Below the pieces are notes generated by a model, which made no database searches, was not told the origin of the DNA, and was given only the letters and a program-made list of their open reading frames with translations. A stretch of DNA of 62,943 nucleotides, filler included, from Octopus bimaculoides (Eukaryota): the NCBI RefSeq assembly GCF_001194135.2. It is 5 parts of 4 records of this genome, joined end to end, with 100 filler letters (N's around TTAATTAATTAA, not from the genome) between each part and the next. Parts side by side here need not be neighbours in the genome. Positions count along the whole stretch, not along the records: positions 1 to 7,299 come from NC_068982.1; positions 7,400 to 12,970 come from NC_068990.1; positions 13,071 to 20,580 come from NC_068984.1; 2 more parts are not named here. One strand, given 5' to 3'. A program made the translations under genes and the position numbers. This document shows, piece by piece, positions 1 to 14,199 of this stretch. The first letter of the stretch is position 1. Each line of letters begins with the position of its first letter.

Positions 1-990
<990 letters not shown>

Positions 991-1127
991 GTTATAGAGT
1001 GTCTGAAGTGGTGTACAGATATTATATATCGAGACAAAAGGAAGCAGTCAGAATTTTGAATAATTCTTTTATTATTATAAGACTTTCGTTCGTTTAAACT
1101 AACTTTTTAAGATAGGAATTAAAATCT

Positions 1128-1246
1128 AAATACTATTAAACCTTGGGAGATAAATAAACAGTATTTATACTGTTTATAAATAAATAAAGTACCGAACCAT
1201 GTGTTTATTACCGGCATAATGCCTCTCCCAAGGTTTAATAGTATTT
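1128..1246. mobile_element. Small MITE with 23-bp terminal inverted repeats
   Basis: aaatactattaaaccttgggaga (1128-1150) is the exact reverse complement of tctcccaaggtttaatagtattt (1224-1246). Confidence 0.65.
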
Positions 1247-1571
1247 CTATCAACACACGTATTCACATCAAGAATCTTGCACACCAAATACGCATACGAA
1301 ATAAAATCTAAAGGATAACGAGAAAAAAACAGCGTTTCCTTGTTCTATTATGTGACGTATTTATTAAAGATGTGGAAAAAACGATAGATAGATAGATAGA
1401 TAGATATAGAAAAGAAGAGAGAAGTTTCTTTTCAATTACATTACTTGTTTTCGAGGCAAGAGAGGAAGAGGGAAAAAAATCACGTTATTAACATTGTAAC
1501 TACATTCAGAAATAACAGCAACAGTATAAATGTTTCCCCTTCATCATTACTATTAATAAAAAAAATAATAA

Positions 1572-2648
1572 TAAAGTGACCATGAAGAAGTTCTCTTGAT
1601 GGACTCCAAGGGCCTTAGGCTGACAGTACTTTACGCAATATGCGTGCAGTTCCAAATAATGCTGATTTTTGAAATGCACCTAGATTGTAGAACACTTATA
1701 AAATTTCCAGATGTTTCTTCAGCTTGGGTGGTATTGACCCCAAAGCTCCGATGACAGTAGGGACAGCCCTTATGTTAGACTCTCGTAGCTGCCACATCTT
1801 GGCGATCTCAATTCTCAGCTCTACATATTTATCAGTCTTTTCCCTTTCTTTCGTGATAATATGTTGATCTCCTGGCACTTCCACACCAATTATTAGGCAC
1901 TCTTGTTTGTCCCTTATAAACGTCACTATATCTGGCCTTCGGTGCCCTAACGCCTTGTCTGTCTGGAAATCAAGTCCTAGAGGATTTTTACCTTCCCCTT
2001 CTCGTCCATTATCTTTTCCGGTGTATGTTGGTACCAAGCACCCGTTACCTTGTATCCATAATTCCGGCATAGTAGGCAGTGAAGGTTTTGGACTACCTTG
2101 TTGTGTCTGCGCTTGTATCCTTTTTGTGCAAGAATAATAATGTGAGTCTCACTTTCGACCCACTTCCCACACATTCTGCAGAGGTTCGTTGCACTTGTGT
2201 GGTATATACCTCTTTTAACTGAGTTGGTATTCATTGTCTGATCATGATCCTGGGCAGCAATGATTAGGCTTTCAATATTCTTGTTTAGGCCACTCTTGCC
2301 AAGCCACCTCCATGATGCTTCCTGATCTTTTAAATTGTTAGTTTCACGGTGGAACTGACCATGTAATTCCATGCGGCGTAGAGTCTCTTCTCTCTCGTTG
2401 GCTATTCGTGATCAGAATTCATGAGCACTCTCAAGTCCAATCTTTGGTAATTCTTTCTGCATTAGCAGCAAACTGTAGCAGGGCTTGTTTGCTGTTTACC
2501 AAATTTTCTGTCATGTTTTTTCTTTCCCCGTTGATGTACTCCGGTACGCTAATCACCCTACGTCCACCTATACACCTCTTCATGTAGAGCCTGTGCACGT
2601 TCGCCTTAGGGTGGAGGGCACCATTTCTGGTCATTTTCTTTCGTTGAT
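1572..2648 (-). mobile_element. Degenerate non-LTR retrotransposon, R4/Dong-like (REL endonuclease), C-terminal part
   Basis: Minus-strand frames give LHPKANVHRLYMKRCIGGR, LHGQFHR, zinc knuckle CRMCGKWVESETHII, REL motifs RPDIV...EKTDKYVELRIEIAKMW...PTVIGALG and C-terminus QKSALFGTARILRKVLSA* (stop 1615-1617). Frameshifts and a premature stop at 1696; the element runs into an N gap. Confidence 0.9.
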
Positions 2649-3506
2649 ATATATANNNNNNNNNNNNNNNNNNNNNNNNNNNNNNNNNNNNNNNNNNNNN
2701 NNNNNNNNNNNNNNNNNNNNNNNNNNNNNNNNNNNNNNNNNNNNNNNNNNNNNNNNNNNNNNNNNNNNNNNNNNNNNNNNNNNNNNNNNNNNNNNNNNNN
2801 NNNNNNNNNNNNNNNNNNNNNNNNNNNNNNNNNNNNNNNNNNNNNNNNNNNNNNNNNNNNNNNNNNNNNNNNNNNNNNNNNNNNNNNNNNNNNNNNNNNN
2901 NNNNNNNNNNNNNNNNNNNNNNNNNNNNNNNNNNNNNNNNNNNNNNNNNNNNNNNNNNNNNNNNNNNNNNNNNNNNNNNNNNNNNNNNNNNNNNNNNNNN
3001 NNNNNNNNNNNNNNNNNNNNNNNNNNNNNNNNNNNNNNNNNNNNNNNNNNNNNNNNNNNNNNNNNNNNNNNNNNNNNNNNNNNNNNNNNNNNNNNNNNNN
3101 NNNNNNNNNNNNNNNNNNNNNNNNNNNNNNNNNNNNNNNNNNNNNNNNNNNNNNNNNNNNNNNNNNNNNNNNNNNNNNNNNNNNNNNNNNNNNNNNNNNN
3201 NNNNNNNNNNNNNNNNNNNNNNNNNNNNNNNNNNNNNNNNNNNNNNNNNNNNNNNNNNNNNNNNNNNNNNNNNNNNNNNNNNNNNNNNNNNNNNNNNNNN
3301 NNNNNNNNNNNNNNNNNNNNNNNNNNNNNNNNNNNNNNNNNNNNNNNNNNNNNNNNNNNNNNNNNNNNNNNNNNNNNNNNNNNNNNNNNNNNNNNNNNNN
3401 NNNNNNNNNNNNNNNNNNNNNNNNNNNNNNNNNNNNNNNNNNNNNNNNNNNNNNNNNNNNNNNNNNNNNNNNNNNNNNNNNNNNNNNNNNNNNNNNNNNN
3501 NNNNNN

Positions 3507-3542
<36 letters not shown>

Positions 3543-3594
3543 GTGCTTACATACATATGTGATAAGTATAGGCAATAAGTTATTTATTTTTTTC

Positions 3595-3781
3595 ATTGCT
3601 CACAGGGGGCTAAACACAGAGGGGACAAACAAGAACAGTCGATTACATCGACCCCATTGTTTCACTGGTACTTAATTTATCGACCCCGTAAGTATGAAAG
3701 GCAAAGTCGACCTCGACGGAATTTAAACTCAGAACGTAACGGCAGACGAAATACCGCAAAGCATTTCGCCCGGCCTGCTAT
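3595..3781 (-). mobile_element. tRNA-derived SINE family A
   Basis: Minus strand shows ...gggcgaaatgctttgcggtatttcgtctgccgttacgttctgagtttaaattcc (B-box-like), core ggggtcgataaattaagtaccag and tail cccctctgtgtttagcccc. It resembles published Octopus tRNA-SINEs, but the family name was not verified. Confidence 0.85.
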
Positions 3782-4881
3782 AGGCAATAAGTTATTGATG
3801 TAGCACTGAGTGACCAAATATAGTTACTAATGTACTTAATATGTAATCAAACATAGTTAATAATTCTTTAACGCGTAAATAAACATCGTGGCTATATTTA
3901 TTTTGGCTTGGTTATATTTCACTTTGTTTCCGCTATGGTATAGCTTTTCAGGAAATCGTCCACGGCATTTATCAAAATTTGTAGCATTTATATTTTTGGC
4001 TTCAAAGAACATTAATGTCATACTTATGTTACTGTCCTTCTTGATATCCTTCACTTCGGTGTTTTATAATCTGAAATAAATGGCGCTGACATAATCTATT
4101 CCCAAATGAATGCTTAAGAGTATTTAAGATGAATAGTTTTCTCAAGTCTTGTGCTATGTCGTATTTTTTGTCATTATTAAAGCGGCGAAAGGCGGTGAGA
4201 TGGCAGAAACGTTAAGCACGCTGGACGAAATGTTTAGTGGTATTTCTCCCGTCGCTACGTTCTGACTTATGATCCAAGGCATTGCAGACATGAGAATCCT
4301 GTCTTTTAGGTGTATGTAAGAGTTCAATATCCAATGTGTCTTCTCTTAATTTAAGACTCAAAGTGCGTTTCGAATGAAATTTGACTGTTGTTTCTAGCAG
4401 TTTGAGTAACCATTTAGAGATGCTATCAATCCCTACTTTTGGCACTGTAGGTTGATAAGAAACATTGCCAGACACCTTAGTTATACTGTTCATCTTGTCT
4501 CTCTTACAGCTGCTGCTGTCTGTTTGAGTTTCGTCTAACCAACAAAATGTAGATAATTCATTATGACTGGATATTAATTACTTTGTAAATACTTGAAGAT
4601 GCTAAGCAGTTTAGCTCTCTAAAGATTTGAATTTAACATAATATAGGGTAGGTAAACTTCGCAAAGTAGAACGCAATCACTCCTGTTTATCTTAGATTAT
4701 CTGGCATGTTACTGGGTACTTATGCAGCGTGTTAAGTGTCTTATTATTAACATTAAAAACATATATTCCTTGATTCATACGAATACAGGATGAAATGTAT
4801 ACTGAAATGCACATAATTAGTATACCTCATATAATGAAAAATAGAGCCAATTTAGAAGGATTTGAAATCATAACCTAGAAG

Positions 4882-4990
4882 TAGTGGTTCTCAACCAGGG
4901 TCCAAGTGAAGCTTAGGGGTCCATATAGGATTTAGTTGTTAAAAAGCATGTTAATTAAATCGGTTATACTTTTACAATACACAAAATATA
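4882..4990 (+). mobile_element. Possible hAT (Charlie-like) terminal fragment
   Basis: tagtggttctcaaccagggtcc resembles the CAGTGGTTCTCAACC terminus of hAT non-autonomous elements; the other end is not visible (gap). Confidence 0.4.
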
Positions 4991-5005
4991 TTAATATATC
5001 AATAG

Positions 5006-5075
<70 letters not shown>

Positions 5076-6009
5076 GCCTATATATATANNNNNNNNNNNN
5101 NNNNNNNNNNNNNNNNNNNNNNNNNNNNNNNNNNNNNNNNNNNNNNNNNNNNNNNNNNNNNNNNNNNNNNNNNNNNNNNNNNNNNNNNNNNNNNNNNNNN
5201 NNNNNNNNNNNNNNNNNNNNNNNNNNNNNNNNNNNNNNNNNNNNNNNNNNNNNNNNNNNNNNNNNNNNNNNNNNNNNNNNNNNNNNNNNNNNNNNNNNNN
5301 NNNNNNNNNNNNNNNNNNNNNNNNNNNNNNNNNNNNNNNNNNNNNNNNNNNNNNNNNNNNNNNNNNNNNNNNNNNNNNNNNNNNNNNNNNNNNNNNNNNN
5401 NNNNNNNNNNNNNNNNNNNNNNNNNNNNNNNNNNNNNNNNNNNNNNNNNNNNNNNNNNNNNNNNNNNNNNNNNNNNNNNNNNNNNNNNNNNNNNNNNNNN
5501 NNNNNNNNNNNNNNNNNNNNNNNNNNNNNNNNNNNNNNNNNNNNNNNNNNNNNNNNNNNNNNNNNNNNNNNNNNNNNNNNNNNNNNNNNNNNNNNNNNNN
5601 NNNNNNNNNNNNNNNNNNNNNNNNNNNNNNNNNNNNNNNNNNNNNNNNNNNNNNNNNNNNNNNNNNNNNNNNNNNNNNNNNNNNNNNNNNNNNNNNNNNN
5701 NNNNNNNNNNNNNNNNNNNNNNNNNNNNNNNNNNNNNNNNNNNNNNNNNNNNNNNNNNNNNNNNNNNNNNNNNNNNNNNNNNNNNNNNNNNNNNNNNNNN
5801 NNNNNNNNNNNNNNNNNNNNNNNNNNNNNNNNNNNNNNNNNNNNNNNNNNNNNNNNNNNNNNNNNNNNNNNNNNNNNNNNNNNNNNNNNNNNNNNNNNNN
5901 NNNNNNNNNNNNNNNNNNNNNNNNNNNNNNNNNNNNNNNNNNNNNNNNNNNNNNNNNNNNNNNNNNNGTGTGTGTGTGTGTGCGCGTGTGTGTGCATGCG
6001 CTTGTCGTT

Positions 6010-6200
6010 TGTGTCAGTGTCTGTCCCCCCACCAACATTTAACAACTAATGCTGGCGTCCCCATCACGTTGCGGTTCGGCAAAACGGATTTCCGATAGAA
6101 TAAGTACTAGGCTTACAAAGAATAAGTACTGGGGTCGATTTATTCAACTAAAGGCGGTGCTCCAGCATGGCTGCAGTAACATGACTGAAGCAATTAAAAA
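6010..6200 (+). mobile_element. SINE family B, 3' half
   Basis: Core gcggttcggcaaaa..gatagaataagtactaggcttacaaag plus tail aaggcggtgctccagcatggctgcag..atgactgaa. Confidence 0.85.
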
Positions 6201-6684
6201 ACTAAAAGAGTACAGTATTGTTTTTGCTTCGCGGGTCTTCACCTATCGCGGGTGTTTTGAAACGTAACACCCGTGATAGTTGAGGGATTTCTTTAATGGC
6301 TTTTGTCCAAGCACAACTCATTGTTTTTGTTTCAAACTGAGCAAAATTGAAGATTATAGTTAATTGCGTCGGTTCCAAAACTTTTACCCTACAAACCATT
6401 TGCGAAAAAGAATCACAATTTTGCCTTTGTAGTGTTTGTCTAAATCAACCAAACATAGTGGAATCGTAAATAGGTTCAAATTATATATATATAGAGGATT
6501 ATCCTCAGCATAAGTTCAAAAATATAGCACTACTAGGAAGTAAATATAGTGTCTAGTAGAATCTACTAGACTATTTAGAATATAGCGTTGCTGGTGGGAT
6601 GTGAAATGCCAATAGTGTGGTCTGTAGTCCGGAAATCTATCGATACGTAATTTGAACTCAGAGCGTAGAGAAAGGCAGCTAATA

Positions 6685-6900
6685 TCCATTCTACTATAGG
6701 CACAAGGCCTGAAATTTGTGGGGAGGGCGCCAGTCGGTTAGATCGAACTCGATATGCAACTGGTACTTAATTTATCGACCCCGAAAGAATGAAAGCAAAG
6801 TCGACCTCGGCGGAATTTGAACTCAGAACGTAAAGAATGACGAAATGCTGGTAAGCATTTTGCCCGACGTGCTAACGTTTCTACCAGGTCGCCGCTTTGA
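6685..6900 (-). mobile_element. SINE family A
   Basis: Matches family A head and core (gtcgacctcggcggaatttgaactcagaacg). Confidence 0.85.
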
Positions 6901-6928
6901 AAGTCAGCTAATATCATTAAAAGATCGT

Positions 6929-7295
6929 GACACTGCGTCGGTTACGATGACGAGGTTTCCAGTTGATCCGATCAACGGAGCAGCCAGATCGTGAAATTAA
7001 CGTGCAAATGGTTGAGCACTCCACAGACATATATATCCCTTAACGTAGTTCTCAGGGGGATTCAGCGTGACGCAGAGTGTGACAAGGCTGGCCCTTTGAA
7101 ATACAGGTACAACAGAAACAGGAAGGAATACTGAGAGAAAGTTGTGGTGAAAGAGTACAGCAGGGTTCGCCACCACCCCGTGCCGGAGCTTCGTAGAGCT
7201 TTAAGTGTTTTCGCTCAATAAACACTCACAGCTCCCGGTCTTGGAATCGCGATCCTACGACCGCTGCCCTAACTACTGGGCCATTGCGCCTCCAC
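6929..7295 (-). mobile_element. tRNA-derived SINE family C
   Basis: Minus strand begins gtggaggcgcaatggcccagtagttagggcagcgg (A box); body aagggccagccttgtcaca...gtggagtgctcaaccatttgcacgttaatttcacg, shared with copies at 16.5, 22.1, 49.2 and 56.1 kb. Confidence 0.85.
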
Positions 7296-7399
7296 ATTAN
7301 NNNNNNNNNNNNNNNNNNNNNNNNNNNNNNNNNNNNNNNNNNNTTAATTAATTAANNNNNNNNNNNNNNNNNNNNNNNNNNNNNNNNNNNNNNNNNNNN

Positions 7400-7441
<42 letters not shown>

Positions 7442-7444
7442 ATG

Positions 7445-7672
7445 TGTGTATATGTTTGTGTGTCTGTGTTTGTCCCCCCAACATCGCTTGACAACCGATG
7501 GTGGTGTGTTTACGTCCCCGTAACTTAGCGGTTCGGCAAAAGAGACCGATAGAATAAGTACTTGGCTTCCAAAATAATAAGACTTGGGGTCCATTTGCTC
7601 GACTAAAGGTGGTGCTCCAGCATGGCCGCAGTCAAATGACTGAAACAAGTAAAAGAGTAAAAGAGTAAAAGA
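7445..7672 (+). mobile_element. SINE family B, 3' half with (GTAAAAGA)n tail
   Basis: Core plus aaggtggtgctccagcatggccgcagtcaaatgactgaaacaagtaaaagagtaaaagag. Confidence 0.9.
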
Positions 7673-8174
7673 GTATACACACACAATCTAGATATATATA
7701 CGTACAGGTACATATGTACGTGTTCAGATAGAGACAGGCATGTATAACGGTACAGAGACGCCTGCCTTTACACGTTACTAGCGAAAAACAGTGTATGTAT
7801 GTATAAAACATTGATGTATACAAAATGTGCTTAAGTATTCAGAATTCATACAACCAGTTTTAGGTACACGTACCTAAATAAATTACGAAATACATCCAAT
7901 TTATGGATTATGAAACTGGAAAAAAATGAAATAAAACAATAATATGAAATAGAATAATATAATATAATGATATTGTTAGGGAAAAGATAGATAAAAAATG
8001 GATAAAAGAAGTGTTGGTAAGCAGGATAATTGGTGAGTTGGTCCTGCAATGCCTACTGTTCGTTCTATAACAATTAATTTTATCTCTGGGGTCTGGGGAT
8101 GTGTGTAGAGTTGAAGTTCAAAATTCAAATTATATAAAATAAGATAAAATAAAGCTGAAAGTTATAATTTGGAA

Positions 8175-8630
8175 GGTGGACATTGGAATTAGACACTGAG
8201 GGAAAATGGCTGTAACTTTTTTATTTTTTAATTTTGGCGATTTTCGTTTTCGATAATGTGTTCTACATGTCACAGTCATGCGATTCTCCCTAAAAAAAAA
8301 ATTGGTAGAGGGAAGTCAATTCCTCTTTCTTGATCTCTCTCTGTAAAGGGCTCTTTCTCTTTCTTTACCTCTTACAGAGAGAGAGTCAAGAAAGAGGAAG
8401 AGCCCGTTACAGAAGAGCCCTCTACCAATTTGAAATGAAAAGACGGGATTGGTTTTCCTCTTTCTTCCTCTTTGTTGACCTCTCTCTGTAAAGGGCTCTT
8501 CCAAATTTTTTAAGGGGGGAATCGCATGACCGTGACATATAGAACACATTATCGAAAACGAAAATCGCCAAAATTAAAAAATAAAAAAGTTACAGCCATT
8601 TTCTCTCAGTGTCTAATTCCAACGTCCACC
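8175..8630. mobile_element. Foldback/MITE-like element with about 130-bp inverted arms
   Basis: 8175-8305 and 8501-8630 are reverse complements with few mismatches (ggtggacattggaattagacactgag... / ...ctcagtgtctaattccaacgtccacc). The spacer carries repeated ctctctgtaaagggctctt units. Confidence 0.8.
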
Positions 8631-9609
8631 ATTTGGAAGTTGAAATTTCAAATTTGAAAATTAAAAAATTAAAAAGGTTCCGTAGGCAAAAAACCGTGCA
8701 TAAAATAAAGTTCGGTGACAAAATATGGGGTGGACGTTCGAAACTATCTGAAAGTGAGATAGCTTACGAAAAGACGAAGGTTTTTTTCTGAATTATTTTA
8801 GAAATAAAGGTTGGTCCATGGGAGACGGCTAGGGCAAAAGGAATTTCTATCCGTAGGGAATTGTTTGGTATTTCATTAATTACTTGGTTGCGTGCCTACA
8901 ATGGTTCAGGATCTTTCTTTATGTGTAGACCATGCTTGTCTTGGAAAAGGATGTGGAAGTTTTCGCTCAGGCGTAAGTTACACTTTATGCTGTTTTTGTA
9001 TGTTCTCTGTCTCTACGGGGAGTGGGAGAATTTTTACAAGACAGTCCAGTGCATTTTAAATGGTGAAGACTGCGTCCCTTTTAGAAGTCATATTTTAAAA
9101 CCTAGATTTCGTTTACTTGAAATCACAGACAGACGATGTACCTTTCGTTGCGGTGGTTGTGGTTTCAGGCATGTATGCAACTAAGAAATACAGCCCCTTC
9201 GGCAATCTCTCGCTTGTAAAAGCATAGAAGCTCTAGCAGTAACGGAAGTCGTTGTGATTCTTTAGTTGCCCGTACACTGTAGACGACGGAGAATCGCAAT
9301 GGAAACAAGAGCAGGAGATGATCAAACTTGAAAACGAGTTAACAGCTACCGACACCAATTAATACGTACCAAACTGAAAAATTACTGAAGGATAACTGTC
9401 TAAACACTACTGGTAAAATTAACGATCTTTACTTCATACACTTGATGTTGGTATAAGTGGTTGTATTTGCTAGTGATAGGATACCACGTGTAAACAAAGT
9501 AATGAAACAGGAGGTATTACAACACTTGAACGGTTCAGTCGTCAGTATATGCAACTACCAACTTTGGAGTGAGAGTGTTTCATCTTACATTTCTTCTCCA
9601 TTATTTTTT

Positions 9610-10430
9610 TCTGTTGTTTTTCTTTATTGATGCATCCTCAAGCTTGTCAATTCTATGCCATCAACCCAACTTTTTTTAGGGTTTTCAATATTTTTTGTAG
9701 GGTTTTAACATTTTTCTCGATCATCCGCTCATATGATAGGTTCAGAATATCTAAGTGTTTGCTTGTCCAGTTCGTTTACAATGCCACATTCAATTCCAAT
9801 TTAATTCAATACATATTGATTTGCCATTTTTATTTCTATCTAGCAAATTCTTAACAATGTTCTATAATACCAAACTTGGAAACTCTCTTTTTTCAAACAG
9901 TTTTTTTAAGAGATTAGTATTCAGATCTATACGTTGCAATTGGAAATATCAAAGTGTATAGCAATTTCAGCCTGGTCTTTTTTTTTTTTTTGTTACCTAT
10001 TAATGGATTTTCCCAGAGTAAAAACAGATAACAGCATATTTTACAATTGCAATTCTTTTTATCTCTTAAGTTGTCATCACATTGATTTATAGTAATACAT
10101 CCGAGATGGCAAAACGCATTCACCACTTTGACAGTTTGATTATCAGATATAGGATTATATTGGTCAATCGTTCATGAGATAATTATTGATTCAGTTTTAT
10201 CAAAATTAATGAATAAACTATATTCATCACTTTTTTCCTTCACTTCATCAGAATCCTTAATTCGTCTCAGCACGCAGCAATAAAGGCAATATCATATGTA
10301 TATCTGAGCTCTATCTTCAAAAACCTTCTAGAGCTTTCCACATTACTCTTTTTACGTATATCTTATACAAATAAAATCGTATCATTCAGCCCAATCCAAT
10401 GCCTTCTTTGAATTTCATGCAGAAAAAGTA
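9610..10430 (-). mobile_element. Highly degenerate RTE-clade LINE, RT and thumb region
   Basis: Broken minus-strand frames: VMWKALEG, LRYTYD (YADD motif), INFDKT, FCHLGCIT, LYTLIFPIATYRSE, ...WVDGI; many stops. Confidence 0.8.
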
Positions 10431-11601
10431 TGAAAATAAAGCGTACATAATTCAGCATCGTCAGAAACGAATAAGGTGGTGCCGATGAAAATGCTGACAA
10501 TTTATATAAAGGACAAATAATCCAAAAAGTAAGGAGAGGAACAGGTTACGATCGTTTCATAGCAAAGTGATGCTTAGTACATAAGTTGTAACAAACACAG
10601 AACTAACTTGGCTGGTCTTCAAGTCCTTACCTCTACGTTGATTACATTGACGCTTGGAAATGAAAAAAAGAGCTATCAAACTGGCCACAGCAGGCCAGTC
10701 GAAAAGGGAAAAGTAAAAAACAAAATCGAAGTCAAATGACCAATAAAAATATTAGTCAGAAGGTCGCCCCAAATGGGAATAAGTTGGGTGTAGTTACGTA
10801 GTCATTGAGTAGAAGGGAAAAGAATGTTAGGTTGAAAGGAAAAGCGAGGTGGGTAGGATAAGCAATAAAAATCCTGTACGTGCCTGTGAGTATGCGTGCG
10901 TGCAGCTGCGGGCAGACACATGTATGTGCGTGCATGTGTGTGTGCGTGCGTGTGTGTGAGTGTGTGTGTATGTGTGTGTGCGTGTGTGTGCGCGCGCGCA
11001 TGCACGTAACCTTAGGCCAGTGTCTTCTACTATAAGCCTCGGGCCGACCAAAGCTCTGTGAGTGGATTTGGTAGACGGAAACTGGAAGAAGCCCGTCGTA
11101 TATATANNNNNNNNNNNNNNNNNNNNNNNNNNNNNNNNNNNNNNNNNNNNNNNNNNNNNNNNNNNNNNNNNNNNNNNNNNNNNNNNNNNNNNNNNNNNNN
11201 NNNNNNNNNNNNNNNNNNNNNNNNNNNNNNNNNNNNNNNNNNNNNNNNNNNNNNNNNNNNNNNNNNNNNNNNNNNNNNNNNNNNNNNNNNNNNNNNNNNN
11301 NNNNNNNNNNNNNNNNNNNNNNNNNNNNNNNNNNNNNNNNNNNNNNNNNNNNNNNNNNNNNNNNNNNNNNNNNNNNNNNNNNNNNNNNNNNNNNNNNNNN
11401 NNNNNNNNNNNNNNNNNNNNNNNNNNNNNNNNNNNNNNNNNNNNNNNNNNNNNNNNNNNNNNNNNNNNNNNNNNNNNNNNNNNNNNNNNNNNNNNNNNNN
11501 NNNNNNNNNNNNNNNNNNNNNNNNNNNNNNNNNNNNNNNNNNAAAGTTTTAACTGTCTCAGAATTCTATTGTTTCTTATCTAGTGGTGATAGCAAAGGGA
11601 C

Positions 11602-11912
11602 AATTACTTCTAAAGAGAGGGAAGATAATTACATCTCATTTTATTTTATTAACATACCTCTTATTGTGTAAACATTAGTTAGAATTCTGTTGTTGTCTGT
11701 ACCACTATACTGTTACTCTATTCAGACTAAAAGTAAAAAACCTATTTGACCCATATACCTAGGGCTATAATTCCTCAACATTAATTCCTCAACATTTTGA
11801 TAGTAATAAAATGACCTGATACTACTATGACCAGTGAAACCTCTAGATTCTAATACTTTTATAGCCTTGTCCATGCATACTGCTTAAACCTTCCCTCTCT
11901 TTAGAAGTAATT
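11602..11912. mobile_element. MITE with 23-bp TIRs
   Basis: aattacttctaaagagagggaag (11602-11624) and cttccctctctttagaagtaatt (11890-11912) are perfect inverted repeats. Confidence 0.65.
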
Positions 11913-12427
11913 AGAAATAAAAACAGAATAAAATAAAATACAAATACAAACAAGGTAATACACACACAATAGACATACATCCACACACCTGTGATAAATA
12001 TAAGAAAATATATAGATAAATAAATAAAAAATAAAAAATTAATAAACATATTTATCACATACCTGTGATAAATATAAGAAATAGATAGATAATAAATAAA
12101 TAAATAAACAATTAAATAAATAAAAGATCTATATAAAGGGCACGGGTACAAGCAACATAAGAAGCGAACCCATATAAACACACAAACACACATACAATAA
12201 CTTCACAGACGGCCGCAACAATATCAAGAATACGAATAACAACGACAACAGCAGCAGCAATGAAAACGATGGCAATAACAACAACAACCACGATGGCAGC
12301 AGCGTGGCCGAACACACAAACACAGAGAGATACAGGAACTGTACTCAATTTCGGGTCCTAGGACATCAGCAGCGAGAACGGGGGAAGGGATGAGGCTGAG
12401 GGGAAGGTCGCAGAGCTATTAAGAACA

Positions 12428-12543
<116 letters not shown>

Positions 12544-13070
12544 TGTACATACAAGAGTAAGAGAAGAAAACATACCATTTCGACTATGCTGCTGTTTCAC
12601 AGACAAGTGAATCAAACAAGAATTTAAAATCTAACTGGAGGGATAGTAGTAATTTCAAATTTAGAGGAAGGTAGATTAAGTAGTGGTGGACAGCAGGTTA
12701 GGGGTAAATCAAGCATGAGGGGAAAAAAAAGGAAATGGAAGCTACTGTTCATTTATAGACTACATTACGGGTTAAACAACGGCCAGAGACCGGACAGTGG
12801 GCTTTAATTCTACAATTGCAATTAAGGGGCTTATTAACTATATATATATTGCTATGTTGATTATTGATACAAGTATCTAAATTAGGTACATCAATATTGC
12901 TGGTTGTATTATTAGATATGTAATTGATATTGTTTGAGCTAGGAAAATTTATCTCATCAACTATGTTAACNNNNNNNNNNNNNNNNNNNNNNNNNNNNNN
13001 NNNNNNNNNNNNNNTTAATTAATTAANNNNNNNNNNNNNNNNNNNNNNNNNNNNNNNNNNNNNNNNNNNN

Positions 13071-13410
13071 TCGATTAGATCGATCCCAGTACGCAACTGG
13101 TACTTAATTTATCGACCCCGAAAAGATGAAAAGCAAAGTCGACCTCGGCAGAATTTGAACTCAGAACGTAAAGACAGAAGAAATACCGCTAAGTATTTCG
13201 CCCGGCATGTAAAAGTTTCTTATTTCTTTATTGCCCAGAAGGGGCTAAACACAGAGGGACAAACAAGGTCAGACAAAGAGATTAAGTCGATTACATCGGC
13301 CCCAGTGCGTAACTGGTACTTAATTTATCGACCCCAAAAGGATGAAAGGCAAAGTCGACCTCGGCGGAATTTGAACTCAGAACGTAACGGCAGACGAAAT
13401 ACCGCTAAGC
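13071..13410 (-). mobile_element. Two stacked SINE A copies
   Basis: Two consecutive cores; the tail of one is joined to the head region of the next near 13220. Confidence 0.85.
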
Positions 13411-13494
13411 ACAACCGCAACCTCTACCACTGCCGCCGTCGCCACCGCCACCACCACAACTAACTCAACCACAAGTATAACCAGCCATAATTTA

Positions 13495-13721
13495 AATGTC
13501 TTTGACCATAGGTCAGTCCGATATATGTGTCCAGTCTGTAATGTTCCCCTGTGTGTAAGACCAGGTTTCCAGAATTACCATAGGAAAAAAATGAAGCCTG
13601 TTTCTTGCAAATAAATTACGTTTATCCTCTTTCTTGCTTTGTCACTTATTCTACTGATGTCATAATTATAATTATAAAAAGGTGTGTGCTTAAAAATCAA
13701 ACGTGAGTGTCTGAATAGGTT
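13495..13721 (+). mobile_element. piggyBac-like remnant: C-terminal cysteine-rich domain and 3' end
   Basis: Translates NVFDHRSVRYMCPVCNVPLCVRPGFQNYHRKK, matching the piggyBac CRD pattern Y-C-x2-C-x-V-x-LC-x3-CF-x2-YH with C>G. Ends ...gtgtctgaataggtt, like a degenerate AGGG-TTAA terminus. Confidence 0.6.
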
Positions 13722-13789
13722 TCTATTGTGTATTATATATTAAAAAAAAAAGATCATGAGATATTAAATAGAAAAATGTTTTCTGTAAT

Positions 13790-14165
13790 AATCCTTCCAG
13801 CTATAGGCACAAGACCTGAAATTTGCGGGGAGGGGATGGTCGACCCCCAGTGCTCAACTGGTACTTATTTCATCAACATTGAAAAGATGAAAGGCAACCT
13901 CCGTGGTAAAAACGGACGAAATGCTGTTGAGCATTTGGTTCGGCGTGCAAACGTTTCTTATTTCTTTATTGACCACAAGGGGCTACATAAAGGGGACAAA
14001 CAAGGACAGACAGAGGGATTAAGTCGATTAAATCGACCCCAGTGCGTAACTGGTACTTAATTTATCGACCTCGAAAGGATGAAAGGCAAAGTCGACCTCG
14101 GCGGGATTTGAACTCAGAACGAAATACCGATAAGCATTTCGCCCGGCGCGCTAACGTTTCTGCCA
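13790..14165 (-). mobile_element. Two stacked SINE A copies
   Basis: Two cores with a tail-to-head junction near 13958. Confidence 0.85.
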
Positions 14166-14199
14166 TCTGGAAGCCTTTAGCAATTATGGAAAAAAAAAG

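Noticed and set aside
2485-6045. Long ORFs of 200-370 aa in the ORF track
   Set aside because: They are runs of X across N gaps; the same applies at 11, 28, 36, 38, 40 and 54-55 kb.
6243-6280. 14-bp hairpin ctatcgcgggtgtt / aacacccgtgatag
   Set aside because: No CTRR terminus at the expected distance and no other support; too short to call.
7346-7356. TTAATTAATTAA islands inside N runs (also about 13015, 20625, 49544)
   Set aside because: Identical 12-mer with stops in all six frames, flanked by fixed-length N blocks: an artificial scaffolding linker, not biology.
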